Below, one piece after another: positions 39,253 through 53,510 of a DNA stretch of 64,000 bases. The stretch lies in the NCBI RefSeq assembly GCF_964355755.1, contig NC_092679.1:17529432-17593431 (forward strand). Direction: 5' to 3'. Source of the DNA: Antedon mediterranea (Eukaryota > Animalia > Echinodermata). Positions within the stretch are counted from its first letter, which is position 1; every line of letters begins with the position of its first letter. A program made the translations under genes and the position numbers. The notes below the pieces were generated by a model. The model was not told where the DNA came from, did no database searches, and was given only the letters and a program-made list of their open reading frames with translations.

Positions 39253-42200
39253 ATGACGTCAACAGAGACAGTACCAAATACCTCAGAAGTAAGACTCAGT
39301 AAGACGACTTTGAACAGCAACACTGAAGATCCTTCACGTAATTCTGCGGTAGTTACAGCGGCGGCACACTGGAAGAGCAATCGTCTGCAAAGTATCTCCC
39401 TGCCACCGAACACAAATCTTCTAAGGGCCGATAGTGCCCTCAAGGAGGAGGATGCAACTTCTGATCCATCTGATCAACAACATTCAAGAAAAAACTCAAG
39501 AACGTCTTTGATTCCTGGAAGTCTGCCTCATAATGTTGCCGCTCAAAATGGCCAAAACTTAGCTCCGTCTTCAGAGATCATTAAATACCAGATACAAGCT
39601 GCCGCCGTCATTGGCCAGGGAATAAACGCACAGAATGGAGAACTTGTAGAGAATGCCAACACTCGTGTTGGAGATTCCCTTCTTTTTACAATTCCATATA
39701 TGGATGTTAAGCTTGCCTACATCTGCCTGTTTCTGAATATTGTAATCCCAGGACTAGGTAGGTCTTTTTCGTTTTCTTAAATCATCATTGATGCCCAAAA
39801 AAAGTAACACGAATGTCACTATCAGAGTGGTACCACTACGTCACTGGTGAAAACTTCTCCCGTCAAATGACAGAATATGAATATATTTTTATTAGTTGAA
39901 TTCCACATTGTTCGTATTATTATATTATGTAATTTAAATTTGTAATGTTGTACTGATGACTACATTGCCGTATTTTATTTAAATATTTATTATATATTTG
40001 AATATTTCATTATAAAATATTACAAACATTAAAAATTGTATGTTCTAATAATCTGCTTGGCATTTTGGGTTATACACAATGAACGTAAGATCATTGTAAA
40101 ACTGTGTTGAATATTATTACAAATATCAATTAATTTAAAATTACTGTTTTAGAACACATTATTTTCAACCATAACAATCATTCACTCAAAATTCCTTTAT
40201 TAAAAGAAAACATGGTTCCAGATAGACCATTCATTGTTTTTTTTTTGTATCATTAGAAAATATATTTCCAAAAGTAGTATTTTATTGTAGATATATGAAC
40301 ATTATTTCGTAATGTTTTTGGTAATTGTCGACTTTAAACTAACGTTTAATTGTGGCATTTTTCTGTTGCTCAAACCAATGATATGCGATTTGTATTAAGT
40401 AGGCTATTTGTAACGTTGTATTGATATTCATTTCGGTTGCCATGTCGACGCTATAATAAAGACTTATTAAACTTCTTAATAGTAATTGCATTGGATTTGC
40501 TATTTAATCTAGTGTTCATTTATGGCATTCAAGCGTAAATGATGATTATAATGAAATATTCAAACGATTTCAAATTGTTTTGGAGAAAATTTACAAAATG
40601 GGATCAAATTACATCATTATTACCGGTTTCATATTATAATTATCTCAATTTTAATCAACGTAATATTAAACAACCTTGCCATGATGTGACGTCATAATCA
40701 TAATCATCATCTTTGGCCATACACAAATTATAGGTTAATTTTTGAAACAATCAGATAAATTATTAAAAAAATAAATTGCGCATGAGCAGACATTACCGAA
40801 CAACCAAGATCCCAATTACAACGCAACAATTTGTTCTTCAGGGTTACACATTATCGCATTTATCCGATAATTATTATCTGATTCGAATGAGAGATAATTA
40901 TCGGTTAATTTTCGAGCGGAATCGGTTAAACCCCGTTTCTACAGGAACTTTATCGGTTTTAAGTATACAAATTATCGCATTTATCCGATTATCTGATTCG
41001 AATGAGAGATAATTATTGGTTAATTTTTATCGGGTAATTATCGGTTAATTTTGGCTGCGTTCCATTATCATCCTCTCTGTCATTATCATCTTTTCATTGT
41101 TCTGCATCTTCAATGGTCATTAACATTTTAATATTATAATTATCATTATTATATTACTGTTATTAACAACATTTCAGGCAACTCACAATATTATCAAGCA
41201 TGTTTTACGTATATGGTTATGCAAATTGTAAACAGTCTCAACCTATATTGAGTTTAATTACATTATAACATACAATTGAAATTTAGACCGTATTGCACGA
41301 TCTGCCATAGTATTATAATGGCTGTAAGATATTGAGATATACTCACTGTATTATTAATAATATTCTGTGCGTAGGAATGAAAATAGGTAGAATAACTGAT
41401 CATAATAATCATATTGATTTTATTCTGTCATTATTAGCAATTTGTATTCTATATTGTTCATCTAGGATAAGTTCAAATAAGTAATAACAGACACGAAGTA
41501 ACAATAATAGCAATTGAAGTGATCGTTGCCAATCATTTAAATATAAACATTAGATTTGCCTTAAGTCTGTATTTATTGTCCTTTTTTAGTCGCGCGCAAC
41601 GCGACTATACAGCTAACTATGTCGGTCGGTTGATCGGTCGGTTGGTCGGTAAACACTAACTTGAGCACGCGACTGCAGCCATGTATATGGCCTTTTTATG
41701 TTAGCCCACCAGACGACGTGTCGATTTTCAAGTATTATTTAATTTCTTTTCATTCACATTTATTTAAAACATAACAGTAAAAGAAACAAACATACATTTA
41801 CAATATTATACAAATATGAAACGCCAAATGTACCAAAATAGTTATCTTGTTACTAATATCCGATAGATAAGTACTGTATTACCGGTAGATAATTTATATT
41901 ATGTCTTATACACTATCAAACTATTAAAAAAATGTGATGTCATATCACTACCATAGTTGGGCAAATCACACTTTTTTTGTCAAACTAGTTTGATAGTGTA
42001 GACAGGCCTTAAAATATCAGTACTGATAATCCTCTAGATAACTGAGGTTGTCCCGATCCGTTAGTTAGCTAGTTTTCACACGCTTTCCATACATTGCGTC
42101 AAGATGAACGCAACGCATTTTATTGCCAAGTTAGGTCACCTGTGCTACCGGGATATTCAAATTTCCTTTGATAAGTATGCTCTATCTTGGAAACGATATA

Positions 42201-43066
42201 CAATAGGGAACACTGGCTTGAACGGCACTAAAGCTGTTAAATTATTCAAAGTACAGTAACTAGTGTTTTGGAAAGTAAATAATTGTGTTCTTCACTTAAG
42301 GTAAGGACAGGCCTAACATTCTGTTCTCTGTTTTTCTCTTAGGTACAATCTTGTCCGGGTTTAGTGTGCTCTGCTTAAGTAGCAGTACACCTCAAGATGA
42401 CCGTAAGCAAGACGAAGTAATACAACTCTGCTGTTCCAATCTCTGCGTAGGCCTGTCACAAATGTTCACGATTACTTTCTTTCTGGTTGGCTGGATATGG
42501 AGCATAACGTGGGGTGTCAATATGGTTCTTTTAGCAAGTTAGTTTTGCTTTTTGTGGAATTTTCCATCTTTTATCATAAATAAGTAAACGAGTGTTGGTC
42601 TCTAGAAGAGATATCATTGTTCGAACACATTTACATGTGCCTCTAGCTCACCACCTCACCACACTCGTCGCGGTAATACACCGACAAAATTGATAAAAAA
42701 AGGGAAGAAAAAGACTACATTCCCGACAAAAACCTGTTATTTTTGTGTGTATGTTTTATATTAATTTCCATATCAATCGATAACTATATTGCACGGTCGG
42801 TCATAAAAGGCTTATTACACACTCTCATGCAGTAATAATAATAATCATAATGAAACCATAACAAGACCTGAATTATTATATTAGAAAAAAAAATCAAACG
42901 TAACAATATTAGTAAAAAAACAAAATTAATAAAAACAAACTTTTCTCTACTCGACTACTAAAGTGTTCAAAATCTTCTTTTTTCAGACCATCACAGGAAG
43001 ACCCAACAAGAGAATCGTAACCTTAGCACTACTGTGTCTGTAGCTCGAGCGTTTATGAGGATGTGA
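39253..43066 (+). CDS. STUM: Protein stum homolog, paralog B copy 2
   Basis: Exons 39253-39757, 42343-42537, 42987-43066; same translation as copy 1. Confidence 0.87.
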
Positions 43067-44305
43067 CCACCAGAGGCTGCAACTAAGACAATTAGTGATG
43101 TAGAATAAGTATTTTGTGATAGGACTGTCACTTTTTTTCATAGTGAAGGTCAATTACACAGACGAGCGGCAACGGTAATGAAAAATATAGAATCCTTGTA
43201 CATATTATGAACATTTACACAAACGCGGAGCGAACGGGTGCTTTCCGCTCAAGATAGATACAGATTACACGTGGGACAAGCTCGCAGTTTTCAGTGTAAA
43301 TTGGCCTTAACTGACTCTCATTTTATGAATATTTAATAATTGTATCAACTTCTACTATTTTATAAATACACATATATTAGTTTACGAATTAAGAGATGTT
43401 TATTATATAACCATGGAGAAATCTAAATCTAACTTAGGCCTATTTCTTCATGATATAACTTTAAAATAAAATTTAATGACAATGGTTTTGGAACCATTCT
43501 CAAAATAAAAAGCACCAGAGGGTGACAGTAAATACTTAAATAATTAGTTACTAAGACTAAAAGCCTGAAAGGCTAGGCACTTGCTAGTTCCTGAAAATGT
43601 TCCACGATGGTTCCGAAACGTCAATCTTTTTGAAAAATTATTTTAAAGATAGTTTAAGTACAATACTTATTACTAGCCGATTTGTACACATATAGCAAAT
43701 TATTTCACATATCATAAAGCTCTACACTATCAAACTATGTGTGATGTGCCCAAATATGGTAGTGGTATGACATCATCGTGTCCATATGGGCACATTACAT
43801 TTAAGTAGACCTTAAGTATAAGTAAAACAAAAGTTTGAAATAATGAGTAGGTTCTGATGATTTCACGTGATTCGATTTTGAGGAAGATTGTCAGTGGTTG
43901 AATGCGCGGGTCAAATTTCGTCACGTAGCGTCAATTAAGACCTTGGGGATAGAATATTATATTTAAAGCGTAACAAATACAAAATCGACGTATAAGAAGT
44001 AAGATTATTGACCAAACCTATTCAAAAGTATATAAATATGTAAATACGGACAATTGAAAATCGAAAGTCACTTAACGAATCATGAAGTATTGTTGCTCAA
44101 TGTAGTCGTTAAGAAAACAATGCAATTGTGCAAATGATAACCAATCGATGCAGGTAAATAAATACAGCTTTCAAACATACAAGTTTGTGAGACACTACTT
44201 AACACCTTTACTGCATAATTGTGAATAAAATAAAGTCATTATTGTTGGATAGGCTAATTACGTTGTACGAGTACTAAATTGATACGTTAAAAAGAATGGA
44301 ATGGT

Positions 44306-46742
44306 ATGTTTAGTAATCGTGGTAGAAGATCCTCAATCGTAGAACCAATGATGGAAGCTGAGGTGGTTAAAGAATTCCAGATAGATGAGTCTATAAAGTA
44401 TAATGATGCAGCTGTGGAGGCTTTTAAGGTGTGGCGAACGAAGACTGAAGCGAATAAAACAATTGCTAATGCCTCTGCAAAGAAAGGCATTTTGAATCGG
44501 ATAGCTGGAAGTTTCAAGAAGAGCAATGACAACCGGGAAGAACGGGAGTTCATGGCAAAACAAATGGAACTATCTGTAATCTACGCAACGATTTGGGAAA
44601 GTGACTCTCTATTATCGACTATACCTTACATGCCACTTAAGCTGGCCTTTGTCTGTGCATTTTTAAACATAATTTTACCTGGGATTGGTAAGTTTATTCT
44701 AGAGTATAAGGTTTATTCTGTATAGTATGATGTGTAGTGTTTCTCTTTCGTATCATACATTTATTTATTCTATTAGATATTGTTAAAACATTGAAATGAA
44801 TTATCTTCGAACTATTATAGTTTAGGATTTTTAACTGAAACTGCGAGCAGCGACAAGGTTGCTTGTTAGCCGGATTATGATATTATAATAATAATAATAA
44901 TATTTATTCGGCATCATCAAGCATAATCTTATTAATCGCCAGGAGCTGCAATCAACAGAATTAACTACTCTTGCTCCAACGAAATACAACAATAATTTAT
45001 AAACAAAGTTAGCAAGTTAGTTAAAATGACATAAAAACAAAAACTAAACTAAATATACAAAAGATTATACATGATTTAGGCATACATTAAAAATGAAAAT
45101 ATAAAATAAAAGGGTATATTGTCAAAGTTAGTATGATGAAATCAGGTGATCAAATTTGAGCTTTAAAGTTAGTGAACAAAATGCAATTTTTAATATATCT
45201 TCTGGGATCATTTTTCCATAGTCTAGAAAAAATTACAAAAGAGAAGTTTAGATATAGATAGGCAGAACATAGATCGTCTGGTAAATCTTTCTAGTGTAGC
45301 ACTTATGTTATGCTGTAGGCCTACTTTTAGTGTATAAAAAAGTATTTTTCTCCAGATGAAATTCCGTACTAAGTAGTTTTTAGGGATAAATTAATGTCCA
45401 TGTTATTAATTCTAATATGCATTAATTCCTTAGAAATCACAAAAAGTCTTCGGTTTTCAGATTAGGAAGTTGTATATCTAAATATCTAGACGTATCTTAA
45501 CATTTAATCCGATCTAATCAACTCATTCAGTAATTATTTTTATCCATAATTTTGTTTTTCTATTCAGGAACGTTGATTGGCGCTGTGAGTATATTTGTAT
45601 GCAGTAATCCACAAGGTTTGTCAAAACGTGAACCTGATGTTCTACAAGAGGCCTTTATAAGCAACGTGTGTGTTGGCTTATCCCAAATGTTCACAATCAC
45701 GTTTCTTCTTGTCGGCTGGATATGGAGTATCGTATGGGGTATCAATATGATACTTGTCTCCAGTAAGTGGCAATTGTTTCTATCGTAATTTCCATCACGT
45801 TATGGCGACAACCACTTTATGTCTTGTGCGGTTTATTCATACATCCAATGATACCACGTTCTCTCTTCTCTTATTACTATTTCACCCTTGTCTTGTTACT
45901 ATTTCACCCTTTTCTTGTTACTATTTCATCTTCCTATTTCACCCTTCTATTATTACTATGTCACCCTTACTTTTTTACCATTCTCTTAGTACTATTTCAC
46001 CCTTATCTTATTACTATTTCACCCTTCTCTTATTACTTTTTTACCCTTCTCTTACTACTATTTCACCCTTTTCATTACTATTTCACCCATTATTAAAACT
46101 ACTGTTTTCGCTCATTTTCTGTTCATACTTATCATTATCATTCACATCAATTGAATATTCATAATCATCGTCTTATCCATTCATAATACTCCACATTATC
46201 GTAATTAAACATTCTATAATAATCATTACATTTCAGACCAATGTCTGTCTTGTTCAATAGTCATAAAATTCAGCTGTTACCTCATATAACATTTTGTTAA
46301 TGCATGGAAATTACAATTAAGTGTATGTAAAATATTAGTAGGCCTACACTGAAAGCGTGGTTCCCACTAGAGATGCAACCCAAGAACGTAGACGCAACGA
46401 AAATGGGCTGACCAATGACAAGCAACAGTATAATATATCAATCAACGTTGCGTTACGTCCTTGCGTTGTGTCTCTAGAGGGAACCAAGCTTCTTATGCAA
46501 CAGAAATATTTGTTTTTGTTTTTTTGTTGTAAAAATCACTGTAAATATTCGTTATTATGGTTACCATTATAATACCAAAAAAATGTACGATTGATTGAAT
46601 AAAGTTCACATATTAATTACATACAATACTGTTTTTTCTATCTTTTTTTTTAGAACACCACAATAGTCTTGTTGATAGAGAAATACATCGAATTAAAGCG
46701 TTATCGTTGACAACCAAGCTGTTTGGTGTTCAAGACTTATAG
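44306..46742 (+). CDS. STUM: Protein stum homolog, paralog C, complete (221 aa, charged N-terminus)
   Basis: Exons 44306-44687, 45568-45762, 46654-46742 (KHHNSLVDREIHRIKALSLTTKLFGVQDL*). Motifs TIPYMPLKLAFVCAFLNIILPGIGT and VGLSQMFTITFLLVGWIWSIVWG. Confidence 0.9.
44885..45480 (-). mobile_element. Degenerate LINE 3' end
   Basis: (TAA)n tail next to TTTATT; minus strand reads NFSFVIFSRLWKNDPED, resembling an eroded ORF2 C-terminus. Confidence 0.45.
45868..46092. repeat. Minisatellite (TACTATTTCACCCTT core, ~21-24 bp period)
   Basis: Repeated TATTTCACCCTT units; explains two spurious ORFs. Confidence 0.85.
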
Positions 46743-49317
46743 CCTAGCTATAATAATTACATTGCCTCGACAATTAATAAGATCATAGCCTACAAACAGC
46801 TAAAAGCTGATGGTAACAGAGAAAAAAAAACTATTTATTATGTACCATAATTAATATTTGTCTGAAGTCTAAAATTATAGTAAAATATAAAAAAGTCACT
46901 AAAGAGTTATTTTATTAGAATAAATCCTTCTTGGCACCAACACCCATAATATGTTATTAGGGATATTATTAGTAAATCTCTTTATATCACACTCATCTTC
47001 TCTGAATTTCGTAACCAATTGCAGGATCTTTTATTGTAGACAAATTATTTTTTTAATGAGCCGCTAAGAAGGCTTAGGCCTACTGGCCAAATTTACTGTG
47101 AAGGGCAGAGCAGAATGAGATACAACCTCTCTCCTTGATTGAAGATTCTGTAGGCCTATATTGAGTGATAATTTTTACGGATAATAGAAATTCAAACCAT
47201 CATTATCGATTTATGTTTTCATTATCGATTATTCACGAATTGAAATGTGTTTACAATGCCGTTTAACATTATGTACATTATTTACTTTTAGCGTTATTTT
47301 AAGATGTACATATAAATGATAACGCTTTATATTCGCGCGAATAGATTAGCTAAGTGGAAAGGTTTTTATCAGCCTATAGACCTATTTAATTATAGTAATT
47401 AAGCCTAGTCCCTGGCCTACTGTATATCTTATTACCAATGGTCTGTTTCAATCCTTTACACGTATTTTTTCATTATTATCGTAAGATATTGATATAGAAT
47501 TTTTAATTAAGAAATTGATTAATGTTTCTTGGCAACTTCTTTCTAGTGACATAAGTATCAGGTATTAGAGAGGGCAGCATTTAAATAATTTTCCGAGATC
47601 AACCAAGGAAGACAGACGCTCTCAGCGGCTATATTGGAGCGTGTAGTAGGCCTAACAGTGTTTGAAACCACACGATAGAGGACGACATTTATTTATAGAA
47701 TATTATTCAGTTATATTCAGAATATATTTCAGTCATGATTGATTCAAATGTCGGTTATGACGGCTAATTGGAAATCAGTTACTATAACCGCCGCCCAAAT
47801 TAATATTATTTTATGCTATGGCGAAGATGAGTCACAGCATACTTCTTAAACGGATAACATAATTAGTTGGTATGGATATAAAATTGATGGTCGAAATTGT
47901 ACATATATGAATTTGCGTTTTTTTTTTGTAATTAAGAGTTGTTATCACTACGTAAAAAGTGTTTATACACTAAACCGTCTTAGCGCAATGATGTTTCTCT
48001 CCGTGGCCCTATCTTCACAGGGACTTAGGCCCCATACCTGTATAACTTGCAAGAGTGTCTTGCAATTATCGGGTTGCATGCTACCTCCACCATAGACTGC
48101 CATAATGTTAGTCAGTCATGTCACCAGTCTAGATTTTTAGTCTAGAAACTTCGACCTCAAGTATATTACCTATGAAACGCAATGTGAACATATTCTTTTT
48201 ACCAATAATTAAGTCGAAATACACAGTAGAACCTAGGCTAACGCCACCAAAATATAACGCTTATTCGCCAATGGCAGTAATCCGCGTAAGTGCTAAAAAC
48301 TGCTCATTATTAGTATTATGACTAACGAGAAATGTTTTATAGTAATTGATATTTGAACTCCTGTGTTTCACCTACATTCATGTTATAGTGCCACATTCTC
48401 TGATCTTACCTTTTCATAATGTAATTTTATTTATTTTATGACAAATAAAATTTTATCTATATCTATCTATCTATCTATCTAAAAACAATGGTAATGATAA
48501 AAATGATAAACGTCAATCGGGCAGGACGTTACGTCGTATTTGGTCTCGCTCGTAAATATTATAGATATGATTTTCAAAAATAGAAGAGTATAGATTCCCA
48601 GTGTCTATTATTAAACAAAGTGGTTACCATGGGTCTGTAGAGGAACAATTGAATTTCATTTCAGTAAATACAAGAGATGCATTAATTTTAATTTGTGTTT
48701 TAGCATTTCCCTAAATTCAAAATAGATTTATTTATTCAAACCAATACAACAACACAATACAGTGGTTGTCTGTTGTAGTGAACAAAGATTATACCCCCCT
48801 AAGCAAAAGATATTTGAAGTGAACAATAATATTGATGGACTTGTTTAGTTACAGAATACTGTCTGGAATGAATAGGCTATAAAAACTATGAACAATTATG
48901 GTATACCAAATATAACCACGCTATCATACACACACTGCGTGAATAATAATAATAAATAATACAAGTAAATTTATTCATTCGTTGATTTCTTTCATATACA
49001 TACATCCATAGTAACATACAAACAAACAGTACAATCAGACAATCAACCAGAAAGAAATTCTTCCACAAAATTCACCCATAAAAAGTGCCCCCCCCCCCCC
49101 ACATTTTTAAAAATTAAATATTTCACTCAAAGGCTCATCGAAATGCAAAGCCTTAGTCTCGAGACCCCTTTTATAATAGGGACGTCCCTAAATAATGACC
49201 GTATTGCTAAAGCATTTCACCCTCGTCCGGTTTTGGAAACATGTTCCCTTAATTCCCCGAATAAGTCCCCCTACGGAGGGGTTCCTCTGTAATTGTAAAA
49301 GAATATTTTATTATTAA

Positions 49318-49464
49318 AGCTTTGTCTACAGTATCAAACTAGTTTGACAAAAAATGTGGCCAAATATGGTAGTGATATGCCTAAATACGGTTGTGATATG
49401 ACATCATCATGTCCATACATGGGCACATCACATTTTTTGGCACATAATGTTTGTAGACAGAGCC
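49318..49464. mobile_element. MITE family 1 copy
   Basis: TAA|AGCTTTGTCTACA...GTAGACAGAGCC|TAA. Confidence 0.75.
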
Positions 49465-50612
49465 TAAAGGAGTATTGTCAGATATTCAATGATTTATATC
49501 ATAGTTGATTGATCGAATGATCATTTCACCCCTTTGATCGTTATGTATAGTGGTGACATTTTGTGGGTTTAAAGATAATTTATAGGTGTAAAACAGAGTG
49601 TTGAGACATTGTGATATTCTTATGACTGTTTAATTAAATGTTTTATTAAAACAGTATTATGAATAACATACGTTAGAATCCCTTATGTCATTAATATCTT
49701 ATTACCTGTACCTATTTCATTATCGTAGTCAAGATCATAAAAGGAAATTGCCGACCTGTCGGTCTGTGTGTCTAAGGACATAATCACTAATAATGTTAAT
49801 AAATACTATAATAATAATGATACAGACGTCCTCCTATAGAATGCTGGACGTGCTTAATATGATCTTTAATTTGGTTCATAGAGTAAATCGGTTAAAAAAG
49901 TAAATAATTTCATTTCTTGTTCATTATGTTAAAAATGTGACCTTCGCATTTCTGTTTACGTAATAATTTTCATTACTATCACTTATTAAACCTAATTAGT
50001 TGTCTGGTAAATTTACGCAAACATAATTGATTGTCGAATTAACATGACGGAGTTCATTATTCAGATAATAATCATGGTATCAGTTTCGTAATTATTTTTT
50101 AAAGGATAATTATGGTAATACTATTATGACATATCCATTATTACAAGAAAAATAATAATAATTTGATAAATAATGAGTAATTGAAAGACGAAATGATAGT
50201 CTTAAGATATTTAGTGTTATTAGCATCAACCCCAAGAATCTTCTTCATCACGATTGTTCTTTAGATCTTCTATACCCAGACGTTTTATTATTGTTATTTA
50301 TGAACTCTTACATTGTATATTATTTGGGTCAAAGGCTATATAATAAATGTTTCTTGGATATTCCAAGGAAAGGAAGTTAGAATCTGTAAGTACAGTAGGT
50401 TAATTAAATATACTGGCTTTTAACCACATGCACCCTTAACATCACTCCCCCACAGCATACCGCAACATCTCCACAGAACCTCTAATCACCCCCATAACAT
50501 TACCCTCACAGCAAGCACCCTATATAGTATACCCGCCTCCCCCTCCCCTCCCCCCAGTATCCCACCACCATACCCACATAATCCCCACAGGCTTCCTCAC
50601 CATACCCTAAAA

Positions 50613-51457
50613 CAGGCCCGTATAGCCAGGATTTTTATGGATGGGTTCGCTCGAATTTTAAAAAAATGGAGCCTTAAGTATGGTTAACTGACCAACCAAT
50701 TACGTTGTAATAACGTTAAAAAATTGGACATACTGGGACGGATGTCGTAGTTGAAATGGGGTTTGGGGTCCAGATGAATGTGATTTTTGCGACCAACCAA
50801 ACCAACAGGGGACTCCAAACTCGCTTCATCCCCACTATGGTTGAGATTAAGATGAGCAAAATTTAAATAGGGCACCTGTCGATACTCGGAAATGGCACTC
50901 TCATAATAACATTTTTTTGGGAGTCTGCAATGTTATGTTGATCGGTAACGCATAGTTTTTGTGACGGAAATGTTGGCTAATATTGTCCATAAATAATGGC
51001 TTATTGTAAAATATTCAATTAAATATTAACATCAAAACATTTGTTTCTTTTCATGAATTAATGTTTTCATTCATTAATTTAAAAACATTCAAATTAAAAT
51101 AAAAATTTATAATAATGGCTTATTGTAAAATATTCAATTAAATATTAACATCAAAACATCTGTTTCTTTTCATGAATTAATGTTTTCATTCATTAATTAG
51201 AAAAAAATTCAAATTTAAATTAATTTTGAATTTTATTAGTACAGTATCAATTTTTATATTTTAAAAATTTGAATTAACATTTTTGTTTGTTTGTTATAAT
51301 ATGCTCGAGGTTCATGGTGACGGTTTGTGATTTAAATTAAGTTTATATTTATGTAATTCATTTATTTCTTTTGATTTTTTTTTAAATTCTTTTTCTCGGA
51401 GCCTGTTAGCAAACTGCGTGCTTCGTTTGAACCCCCCACCCCCTGGCTACGGGTCTG
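50613..51457. mobile_element. Non-autonomous DNA transposon (hAT-like termini)
   Basis: CAGGCCCGTATAGCCAGG...CCTGGCTACGGGTCTG flanked by TAAAA on both sides; internal ~119-bp direct repeat at 50992/51111. Confidence 0.7.
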
Positions 51458-52148
51458 TAAAACAAAGTTGTTTACTGTACTTGATGGTCAAGCTCACTCT
51501 GTAGTATCTGAAAGTTAATCAAAAGTATCCGACAACATTATAATATATAAGACAGAACCATGTTACATTTAACACAAATAAAGTTCATGAACATATTTAC
51601 ACTCTATTTTGAATGTTTACCCAAGCGACACAATATGTTTCTACTTGATACGAATATGTTAATATTTAATGATTTCCTACAAGGAAACAGTAATTGTATG
51701 AACAACATTAGCATAAGACGCACTGTGACAATTGAGTCGCATTGTATCCGTCAGCTCAAACTTTGTTTTAATGTGGCAACGGACATGTTCTATTTATAGA
51801 CAATTCCCACAGGAGCTGTTACTATTAATTAGAGGATGATTATAAAATATTGCTTTTAAAATCATAACCTAAATTATTTTGTTTTATTATTATTAGTATG
51901 TATGATTCCTTCATGTATCATTATTTTAAAAGAAAGTGTTAAATTGAAGCAATTTAAATAGATTGGCAAATTTAATCTGACAAGGAAACATAATTACGAT
52001 ATTGAGAAAATTGTCAATATAATCATACCGGTAAGTCATTTGAAAAAAGGCTGTTGCGGTAGCTTAGTTTACCGACAGTTAATATCAAACAGAATCCAAA
52101 GAGGTTAAAATGAAGGTTTAAATAATGTGCATAAGTGAACGGCCCTAA

Positions 52149-52278
52149 AGCTTGGTTCCCACGCAACGCAAGGACGTAAGCGAGTTGACCAATCACAAGC
52201 GGACAGTCTGATAATCCATCGCTTGTGATTGGTTAAATTGCTTACGTCGTTGTATTACGTCCAAGTGGGAACCAAGCT
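52149..52278. mobile_element. MITE family 2 copy
   Basis: TAA|AGCTTGGTTCCCAC...GTGGGAACCAAGCT|TAA. Confidence 0.82.
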
Positions 52279-53510
52279 TAAACAAAATGGAGTTACTGCA
52301 GTAACTGCAGTAGAAGAATGTTTACACTAGCGAACATAACACATAATTCAAGACATCCGTTCAAAGTTCTAATAATGTTATTAGTCACAAAACTAACCGT
52401 TTTTTCACAAAACATCATGTTAATAAATAAGTTATATTACTAAATTATTTATGAATTTATTTAATGGACTCCATGAACCGATGGTTATTTAAAGAAAATG
52501 TACGTTGTATGAGGCAGTTTACCTTATATTGCGAGATTCCCGTAAACAAACAAAGGCGGGAAATATTAATGTTTTACACGTATACCAGAAAACAAACCAA
52601 ATATCATCAGATTTCCGGTGCTGTATCTAGATTCTCAGTATCATAGAAACATTTGGTAATACAGCATCACATGTATCGCCTAGTATCAAGACCATAACCC
52701 ACCTCTTACAATACACAGACACCAAATGTAAAACAGTCATATTACATGGCTGCAGTCGCGTGCTCAAATTTAAGTTAGTGTTCCGACCGACCGACATAGT
52801 GAGCTGTGGAGTCGCGTTTTCACGCGACTAAAAACAAATGATGTATTACCAAATTTTTCTATAAAATGGGAAAATGTTGTAGATTGAGATATAGCACTGA
52901 GAAAATATATATTTATAGTAGAAGTTTATTAATTATGTAGAATTATAAGTCATAATAATAAATAATATTGTAAAGGATACATGACATACATTCACAGTGG
53001 TACTCAATCACATCCAAAGCCATTAATCAATGATTAGTATCAAAAGTGCAACAATAACTTATGAAAAGAAATGATTTTGTTCAGACTACTGACTGGAATT
53101 ACATTTAATTAATTTAAGTCCATACTAATTGCTTCTACATGTATAAACCTAAACAGGGCCTACAAATTGTCTAAAACAACAGCTTCTGTGTGAAACTTCG
53201 GACTCTATCTCTCTGTCTATTTCAAAAGCCAGTCATATCCATGAAATGGTTTTGTGGCCGCCGCAATCGTTACCCTCTCCATCCTCGATCTAGTGCACCT
53301 TGCTGAGAAGGTATACAGGTACCATAGAGAAGGAGAGGTGCTTACCGTCCTAGAGCAAGCAATTACATTTTATTAGAAATACGTGTCAATGTTTCTGTTG
53401 TTTAATGAGTTAACCCTTTAGGCTTTTATCTAAAAAAAAATCCTGGAAATTTACATTTCAATATACATTTTTACATTACACTTTCAAATTTAATTTACAC
53501 AGGGATCGTC

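Larger units (their letters stand above)
28917..44884 (+). repeat. Tandem segmental duplication, copy 2 (lacks ~797 bp)
   Basis: Junction GGATTATGAT-ATT-GTGGCC with ATT shared by both ends. Confidence 0.97.

Noticed and set aside
45754-46164. 136-aa and 109-aa hydrophobic ORFs
   Set aside because: Translation of an intronic minisatellite.
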